A DNA stretch of 64,000 nt from an uncultured Actinomycetota bacterium (GTDB taxonomy: Bacteria > Actinomycetota > Actinomycetes > JAHEKZ01): the NCBI GenBank assembly GCA_963743915.1, contig CAVURN010000002.1, forward strand, positions 64,001 through 128,000, read 5' to 3'. The notes under the pieces are model-generated. The model saw only the letters and a list, made by a program, of their open reading frames with translations. It ran no database searches and was not told where the DNA came from. Below are positions 55,695 through 64,000 of this stretch, one piece after another. The position numbers were made by a program, and so were the translations under genes. Each line of letters opens with the position of its first letter. Position 1 is the stretch's first letter.

Positions 55695-56381
55695 ATGTCA
55701 GACACCATTGCGCAAGAGCCCCTCGAGGGCCTGGACGACACCGCGAACGCCTCCGGCGGCAGCCGACGGCTCCTGATGCTGGTTGCGGGTGGCGCTGCGG
55801 TCCTCGTCCTCGCCCTGGCTGTGTACTTCCTGTTCCTGTCCGGTGGGGACGAGGAGGTGGCCGGCCCGGCCGCACCCGTTCCCGCGCCGACGGCGCCGGA
55901 GAAGACCGACAAAGGCGACAAGGACAAGGCCGGCTCCGACGTCCCCAAGGAGGTCGACGAGGACTTCGCCGTGGGGCGAGACCCGTTCCAGCCGCTCGCC
56001 GTCGAAGCCATCGTCGAGGAGGAGCCCGCGGTCACCGACACCGGCGACACCGGCACCGGTACCGACCCCGTGACCGACCCGGGCACTCCGGCACCGGCGC
56101 CCACCGTGGCACCGCAGCCGGCGCCGACCGTCGAACCGACCACCACCTACCAGGTGAAGCTCATCTCCGTCGACCTGGTCAAGGAGAAGGCCACCATCGC
56201 GGTGGACGGCAAGCGGTACGTGGTCGCCGTCCAGGTCACGTTCCCGAACACCAAGACCGGGCCGTTCCAGCTGACCAGCGTCGGGGAGCGCCCCTCGGGC
56301 AAGGACACCGCCACGGTGGTGTTCGGCTCCGACGCGCCCGTCGAGCTGGTCCAGCGGGACAAGGTGACGTTCGAGAACTGA
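55695..56381 (+). CDS. Bitopic membrane protein at the pilP position
   Basis: RBS AGGAG; TM helix, GRDPFQPL motif, Pro/Thr linker, small beta-rich C-terminal domain. Confidence 0.75.
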   Translation: MSDTIAQEPLEGLDDTANASGGSRRLLMLVAGGAAVLVLALAVYFLFLSGGDEEVAGPAAPVPAPTAPEKTDKGDKDKAGSDVPKEVDEDFAVGRDPFQPLAVEAIVEEEPAVTDTGDTGTGTDPVTDPGTPAPAPTVAPQPAPTVEPTTTYQVKLISVDLVKEKATIAVDGKRYVVAVQVTFPNTKTGPFQLTSVGERPSGKDTATVVFGSDAPVELVQRDKVTFEN

Positions 56382-56395
56382 ACACTCACTCCACA

Positions 56396-56433
56396 GCAGA
56401 CGGACGGCCCGCGCGAGCGGGCCGTCCGTCTGC
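56396..56433 (+). terminator. Stem-loop terminator closing the pilus locus
   Basis: GCAGACGGACGGCCCGC-GCGA-GCGGGCCGTCCGTCTGC 17-bp perfect stem. Confidence 0.8.
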
Positions 56434-56492
56434 GTCCGCACCTGAAGGGGGACGACCGGGACGTCCGGGTGCGGTCTGGGAGACTGCTCCTC

Positions 56493-57667
56493 ATGCTGCG
56501 TTGGTTGACCGCCGGTGAGTCGCACGGCCCCGCTCTCGTCGCGGTGGCTGAGGGCTTCCCGGCCGGCATCGAGGTGACGACAGCCGACATCGACCGCGAG
56601 CTGGCGCGTCGACGACTCGGCCACGGTCGTGGTGCGCGGATGAAGTTCGAGCAGGACGCGGTGCGGATCCTGGGTGGCGTCCGGCACGGTCGGACCATGG
56701 GCGGGCCCGTCGCCATCGAGATCGGCAACAGCGAGTGGTCCAAGTGGGACACGGTGATGGCGGCCGACCCGGTCGACCCGGACCTGCTGGCCGAGCAGGC
56801 ACGCAACGCGCCGTTGACACGTCCGCGACCAGGTCACGCCGACCTGGTCGGCATGCAGAAGTACGACCTCGACGACGCACGCCCGGTGCTGGAGCGGGCC
56901 AGCGCGCGCGAGACCGCTGCCAGGGTCGCGCTGGGCGCCGTGGCGCAGGCCTTTCTCCGCCAGGTCGTCGGCGCCGAGGTGGTGAGTCATGTGGTGGCCA
57001 TCGGGCAGGCAGAGTCGACCAGCACCGAGCCTCCGACTCCTGACGACCGGTCCGCCATCGACGACGACCCCGTGCGCTGCCTCGAGCCCGGGGCCGCGCA
57101 GGCGATGGTCGACGAGATCGAAGCCGCCCGGAAAGCCGGCGACACGCTCGGAGGGGTGGTCGAGGTCGTGGTGCACGGGCTGCCGCCCGGTCTGGGCAGC
57201 CACGTGCACTGGGACCGCCGCATCGACGCGCAGCTCGCCGCGGCACTGATGGGAATCCAGGCGATCAAGGGCGTGGAGGTCGGTGACGGCTTCGACCTCG
57301 CCCGGCGTCGCGGATCGTCGGCGCACGACGAGATCGTCCCCACCGAGGAGGGGATCCGGCGGGCGACGGGTCGCTCGGGGGGCACCGAGGGAGGCATGAC
57401 CACCGGAGAGGTGCTGCGTGTCCGGGCTGCCATGAAGCCCATCTCCACCGTGCCCCGCGCGTTGGCGACCGTCGACGTCGCGACGGGAGAGCCGGCCAAG
57501 GCCATCAACCAGCGGTCGGACGTCTGCGCCGTACCTGCCGCGGCCGTCGTCGCCGAGGCGATGGTGGCGCTGGTGCTGGCCAGAGCTGTGCTCGAGAAGT
57601 TCGGTGGCGACAGCGTCGCCGAGACCGCCAGGAACGCGGCCGCATACCTCGAGCACCTCAGCATCCG

Positions 57668-57671
<4 letters not shown>
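56493..57671 (+). CDS. aroC: Chorismate synthase
   Basis: [33 protein letters not shown]. Confidence 0.97.
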
Positions 57672-59744
<2,073 letters not shown>

Positions 59745-59761
59745 AGCGGACGGGAGACGCC

Positions 59762-60847
59762 ATGGCGGTCGTGCACGAGCAGCGACGGACGCGGCTGGCT
59801 GCCGCCCTCACCTCGGCCGAGCTCGACGGCGTCCTGGTGAGCCATCTGCTCAACGTCCGCTACCTCACCGGCTTCACCGGTTCAGCCGGCCATGCCCTGC
59901 TCGGGGCCGACGGCAGCTGCGTGCTGGCCACTGACGCGCGCTACGACCTGCAGGCCAGCGACGAGGCACCGGACGTCGAGCTGGTCATCACCCGGCACGG
60001 GCTCTCCGACCTGGCGACGCGTGCCACTGACGCCGGGTGGTCCAGGACCGGCTTCGAGGACCTGCACCTGACCGTCGCGGACTGGAGAACCCTCGTCGAG
60101 CAGCGCGACGGCGAGCGCTGGCACCCCTGCGGGCGGCTGGTCGAGGAGCTCCGCGTCGTCAAGGACGAGGTCGAGCTGGACGCGTTGCGCCGTGCCTGTG
60201 CGATCTCCGACGCTGCGCTCGCCGCCGTGCTGCCGCAGATCGTCCCTGGCGTCACCGAGCGCCAGGTCGGGCGATGGATCGACGAGGGCCTGCGGGTGGA
60301 CGGCAGTGACGGACCCGGCTTCGACACGATCGTTGCGGCAGGGCCCTGGGGTGCGGTGCCGCACCACCAGCCCTCCGACTACCCGATCGCGGAGGGTGAC
60401 CTGGTCACGATCGACTTCGGAGCCCGGGTCGACGGCTACCACGCCGACATGACGCGCACCGTCCTCGCGGGTGAGACCCCCGACCCGTGGCAGGCGAAGG
60501 TCTACGCACTGGTGCAGAAGGCGCAGGCGGCCGGCGTCGAGGCCCTGTCGAGCACGACCACGCCGGCGATGGTCGACGCCGCGGCTCGGCAGGTCATCGA
60601 CGACGGGGGGATGGGGGACTACTTCACGCACGGTCTGGGGCACGGCGTGGGGCTGCAGATCCACGAGGCGCCGTTCCTGGGGTCCAGCTCCACCGATAAA
60701 CTCGGGGTCGCCGTGCCCGTCACCGTCGAACCCGGGATCTACGTCCCGGGACGCGGCGGGGTGCGGATCGAGGACACCGTCGTCGTCCATGCCGACCACG
60801 TCGAGCGCCTCACCACGACCACCCGCGACCTCATCGAGCTCGGCTGA
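59762..60847 (+). CDS. Xaa-Pro aminopeptidase (M24B)
   Basis: [12 protein letters not shown]...[34 protein letters not shown]. Confidence 0.92.
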   Translation: MAVVHEQRRTRLAAALTSAELDGVLVSHLLNVRYLTGFTGSAGHALLGADGSCVLATDARYDLQASDEAPDVELVITRHGLSDLATRATDAGWSRTGFEDLHLTVADWRTLVEQRDGERWHPCGRLVEELRVVKDEVELDALRRACAISDAALAAVLPQIVPGVTERQVGRWIDEGLRVDGSDGPGFDTIVAAGPWGAVPHHQPSDYPIAEGDLVTIDFGARVDGYHADMTRTVLAGETPDPWQAKVYALVQKAQAAGVEALSSTTTPAMVDAAARQVIDDGGMGDYFTHGLGHGVGLQIHEAPFLGSSSTDKLGVAVPVTVEPGIYVPGRGGVRIEDTVVVHADHVERLTTTTRDLIELG

Positions 60848-60881
60848 ACGGGCCGGCCCACCACTTGGGAGAGAACACACC

Positions 60882-61439
60882 ATGGCCACCACGAACGACC
60901 TGAAGAACGGCCTGGTGCTCAACCTCGACGGCGGCCTGTGGACCGTGGTGGAGTTCCAGCACGTCAAGCCCGGCAAGGGCGGGGCCTTCGTGCGCACCAA
61001 GCTGAAGAACGTGCTCTCCGGCAAGGTCGTCGACAAGACCTTCAACGCCGGTGTGAAGGTCGAGACCGCCAGCGTCGACAAGCGCGAGATGCAGTACCTG
61101 TACCAGGACGGCGAGGACTTCGTCTTCATGGACACCGCCTCGTACGACCAGCTCCACGTACCGGCACCGACGGTCGGGGATGCCGCGCACTTCATGCTCG
61201 AGGGCCAGACCGCCACCGTCGCCGTCCACGAGGGGACGGCGCTCTACGTCGAGCTGCCCGCCGCCGTCGAGCTCGAGATCACCTACACCGAGCCAGGGCT
61301 GCAGGGCGACCGCTCCACCGGCGGCAGCAAGCCCGCCACGCTCGAGACCGGCTACGAGGTCGCCGTCCCGCTCTTCATCACCCAGGGGGAGCGGATCAAG
61401 GTCGACACCCGCGACGGCAGCTACCTCGGGCGCGCCTGA
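60882..61439 (+). CDS. efp: Elongation factor P
   Basis: [23 protein letters not shown]. Confidence 0.97.
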   Translation: MATTNDLKNGLVLNLDGGLWTVVEFQHVKPGKGGAFVRTKLKNVLSGKVVDKTFNAGVKVETASVDKREMQYLYQDGEDFVFMDTASYDQLHVPAPTVGDAAHFMLEGQTATVAVHEGTALYVELPAAVELEITYTEPGLQGDRSTGGSKPATLETGYEVAVPLFITQGERIKVDTRDGSYLGRA

Positions 61440-61442
61440 CCT

Positions 61443-61835
61443 GTGGGCGCCCGGCACAAGGCGCGCAAACGCGCCCTCGACATCCTGTTCGAGGCCGACC
61501 AGCGTGGAGAGCCGATCGACAACGTGCTCGCCGACCGGGCGGCCCGTGGGGACGCGGCGGCCAACCCGTACACGCAGACGCTGGTGGCGGGCTTCGTCGC
61601 CCATCGGGACGAGATCGACGCGCTGATCGCCGAGCATGCGGTCGACTGGCCGCTGGACCGGATGCCGGCGGTCGACCGGGCGCTGCTGCGCCTGGCCACC
61701 TACGAGCTGCGCTGGGGCGACGAGGTCAGCCCGGCCGTGGCCATCGACGAGGCGGTCGAGCTGGCCAAGGAGCTGTCCACCGACGAGTCCCCGGGCTTCG
61801 TCAACGGAGTCCTGGGCCGCATCGCCGCCCCCTGA
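61443..61835 (+). CDS. nusB: Transcription antitermination factor NusB
   Basis: RHKARKRA, DRALLR, AIDEAVELAK, FVNGVL. Confidence 0.95.
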   Translation: MGARHKARKRALDILFEADQRGEPIDNVLADRAARGDAAANPYTQTLVAGFVAHRDEIDALIAEHAVDWPLDRMPAVDRALLRLATYELRWGDEVSPAVAIDEAVELAKELSTDESPGFVNGVLGRIAAP

Positions 61836-61948
61836 CCCCTTGGTGGGTGCGGTGCCACACCGCCTCCGTTCTACGAAGGGCTCGCCGCACCCATGGGCCC
61901 GCGGGGAGCATCTCAGCACCCCATCGGGACCCCCAACCGCCCCAGAAG

Positions 61949-62030
61949 TGCCCCGGGAGGGACTCGAACCCTCATGCCTCTCGGCAACGGATTTTGAGTC
62001 CGCCGCGTCTGCCAGTTCCGCCACCGGGGC
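61949..62030 (-). tRNA. tRNA-Leu (anticodon CAA), CCA not encoded
   Basis: GCCCCGG acceptor, GGCAGAC D-arm, GCGGA-CT-CAA-AA-TCCGT, long variable arm, GGTTCGAG. Confidence 0.95.
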
Positions 62031-62234
62031 GCCAGCCGCTCACTGTAGTGAGCCACCGCCGGTGCCGTTCCACGAGGCGGTGACCCGGCGCGTCCTAGGT
62101 CACGATGCCGCAACGACCCGGCCACGGACGGCTACCGCGGGCTGCATCGGGCCCTGCGGGGGGCTAGTTTTCGGTGATCAACCGGTGAAACGCCGGGACC
62201 GGGGCCACCAGGCCCGATCGGCAAGGAGTGATGA

Positions 62235-63602
62235 ATGATCCGAGCAAACGCCACCTGGCGTCTGGTCGCGGTCGCGGGTGCTGCGGGGCTCGTGCTCGCG
62301 GCCTGCGGCAGCGACGACGGCGGGGAGACCACGGACGACGGCGGCGAACCCGCGGCGACCGGCACCCCCCTGTACTTCGTCGACGGAAACCTCGGCAACG
62401 GCCCCCTGGGCGAGCTCGCCCCCGGCACCCTCGAGGGTTCCAAGGGAACGCTGCCAGGTGCCCAGATCGACGACACGCTGAAGGAGCGCCTCAACGAGGT
62501 CGACCCGAAGCTGAAGAAGATCGGGTACTCGTACTCGCCCGAGTCGTACGACGCGGTCATCGTGGTCGCGCTCGCTGCCCAGCAGGCCAACTCGGATGCG
62601 GGCAAGGACATGGCTGCCGAGATGCAAGAGGTCTCGGCCAACGGCACCAAGTGCACCACGTTCGCCGAGTGCAACGCGCTCATCGCTGACGGCGAGGACA
62701 TCGACTACGACGGAGTCTCCGGCCCGATCGAGTTCGACTCCTTCGGTGACCCGACCTCGGCGTCCATCGGCATCTACCAGTACGACGCGCAGAACACCGT
62801 GCCTGGCTACAACGCCGACGGCGAGGCCCTGTCGTACCAGTCCGGTGACATCGCCCCCACCGAGGGCACCCCGCCGGCGCTGACCGACAAGACCAACTCG
62901 GGTGCTGACGGACAGCTGCAGATCGGTGGCTACCTGCCACTGACCGGTTCGCTCGCGTCCCTCGGCCCGCCCGAGGTCGCTGCCGTCGAGCTCGCGATCA
63001 GCGAGGTCAACGACGAGGGTGGCGTGCTGGGCAAGCCGATCGAGTGGTTCCCCGGTGACTCCAGCGACTCAGCCAACTTCGACAAGGGCGCGCAGACCAT
63101 CCAGGGCCACATCGCCAAGGGTGTCGACGCCATCGTCGGTGCTGCGTCGTCCAGCGTGAGCCTCAACACGCTCAAGCAGGTCACCGACGCCGGCATCCTG
63201 CAGATCTCGCCGGCGAACACCTCACCGGACCTGACCACGGCCAAGGACGGTGGGCTGTACTTCCGCACCGCTCCGTCGGACGTGCTCCAGGGCCGCGTGC
63301 TCGCCGACCTGCTGCTCGCCGATGGTCACACCAACGTCGCGATCATCTCGCTGCAGGACGCCTACGGCGAGGGTCTGGCGAAGTACACCACCATCCCGTT
63401 CGAGGAGGGTGGCGGCACGGTCGTGACCGAGCCGGACACCGAGGAGAAGGCCATCTTCTACGACCCCACCGCGCAGTCGTTCACCGCGGAGGTCACCGAG
63501 ATCGCCGGCCTCGACCCCGACGCCATCGTGCTCATCGGCTTCGATGAGAGCGCGAAGGTCGTCGAGGAGCTGGTCAAGCAGGGCATCGGTCCGAACAGCT
63601 GA
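62235..63602 (+). CDS. Branched-chain amino-acid ABC substrate-binding lipoprotein (LivJ/K-like), apparently circularly permuted
   Basis: Lipobox LAAC; IG..LP.TG, GAASS, QISP.NTS, FRTAPSD; segment YFVDGN...DYDGVSGPI.FD placed first. Confidence 0.85.
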   Translation: MIRANATWRLVAVAGAAGLVLAACGSDDGGETTDDGGEPAATGTPLYFVDGNLGNGPLGELAPGTLEGSKGTLPGAQIDDTLKERLNEVDPKLKKIGYSYSPESYDAVIVVALAAQQANSDAGKDMAAEMQEVSANGTKCTTFAECNALIADGEDIDYDGVSGPIEFDSFGDPTSASIGIYQYDAQNTVPGYNADGEALSYQSGDIAPTEGTPPALTDKTNSGADGQLQIGGYLPLTGSLASLGPPEVAAVELAISEVNDEGGVLGKPIEWFPGDSSDSANFDKGAQTIQGHIAKGVDAIVGAASSSVSLNTLKQVTDAGILQISPANTSPDLTTAKDGGLYFRTAPSDVLQGRVLADLLLADGHTNVAIISLQDAYGEGLAKYTTIPFEEGGGTVVTEPDTEEKAIFYDPTAQSFTAEVTEIAGLDPDAIVLIGFDESAKVVEELVKQGIGPNS

Positions 63603-63624
63603 TGCGCTGACGACGCAAGTCAGA

Positions 63625-63656
63625 AGAAGGGGCCCGGCTCACGCCGGGCCCCTTCT
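63625..63656. terminator. Stem-loop between convergent genes
   Basis: AGAAGGGGCCCGGC-TCAC-GCCGGGCCCCTTCT. Confidence 0.8.
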
Positions 63657-63715
63657 GCGTGTCTCGGGAAAGGCACGCCGACGACAGCTCTGCTCGCGGG
63701 GGGAGGGGAGGGTGG

Positions 63716-64000
63716 TCAGGCTTTGGCGAGGGTGCCCAGGTAGAGCTCGATGACCTTGGGATCCTCGAGCAGTCCGAGGCCGGTGCCGGTGTAGGCATTG
63801 CGCCCTTGGTCGAGGACATATCCCCGGTCACAGATCTGCAGGCATCGCCGGGCGTTCTGCTCGACCATGATGACGGTGACGCCGACGGCGTTGATCTGCT
63901 TGGTGCGGATGAACACCTCGTCCTGCAGCACCGGTGAGAGCCCGGCGGAGGGCTCGTCGAGAAGGATGACCGACGGGTCCATCATCAGGGCGCGGCTCAT
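63716..64000 (-). CDS. livF: Branched-chain amino-acid ABC ATPase, C-terminal part
   Basis: LLDEPSAGLSP, MVEQN, DRGYVL, ELYLG. Confidence 0.85.
   Translation of the reverse strand: MSRALMMDPSVILLDEPSAGLSPVLQDEVFIRTKQINAVGVTVIMVEQNARRCLQICDRGYVLDQGRNAYTGTGLGLLEDPKVIELYLGTLAKA

Noticed and set aside
39336-56433. Pilus locus as a mobile element, Tad/Flp system or type II secretion system
   Set aside because: No mobility genes or att repeats; PilT with AIRNLIRE plus PilMNO identifies a type IVa pilus; no secretin
61949-62030. bldA-type tRNA-Leu or island attachment site
   Set aside because: Anticodon is CAA, not UAA; no integrase or duplicated tRNA end seen

Overview
High-GC actinobacterial (Actinomycetes-like) chromosome segment. 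The backbone is the conserved actinobacterial synteny thrS-HIT-(EF-G2)-pgsA-patA-pimA-pdxST-yebC-ruvCAB-yajC-secDF-rel-DUF349-ppi-MBL-hisS-aspS-rarA-alaS-ruvX-mltG-aroE ... aroCKBQ-pepQ-efp-nusB, with tRNA-Val(CAC) and tRNA-Leu(CAA). Many genes, including essential thrS, are broken by single-base indels (mostly +1), so the assembly looks error-prone and several apparent fusions are probably artefacts. The most interesting part is a ~17 kb monoderm type IVa pilus locus between aroE and aroC (39.3-56.4 kb). It opens with a kinase-less conservon/MglAB-like module (Roadblock; DUF4388 + degenerate MshEN-like + wHTH protein; small GTPase). It carries six sigma28/FliA/WhiG-type promoters (five GCTCAAG-N14/15-GCCGAW plus one variant), a c-di-GMP-I riboswitch ahead of the major pilin, an MshEN-bearing PilB, and a PilT with a long acidic N-terminal arm. 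Also notable: an apparently circularly permuted branched-chain amino-acid ABC binding lipoprotein near the window end, and a LexA-boxed, probably leaderless DUF222/HNH gene divergent from ruvC. All family assignments come from motif recognition by eye; no database searches were run.
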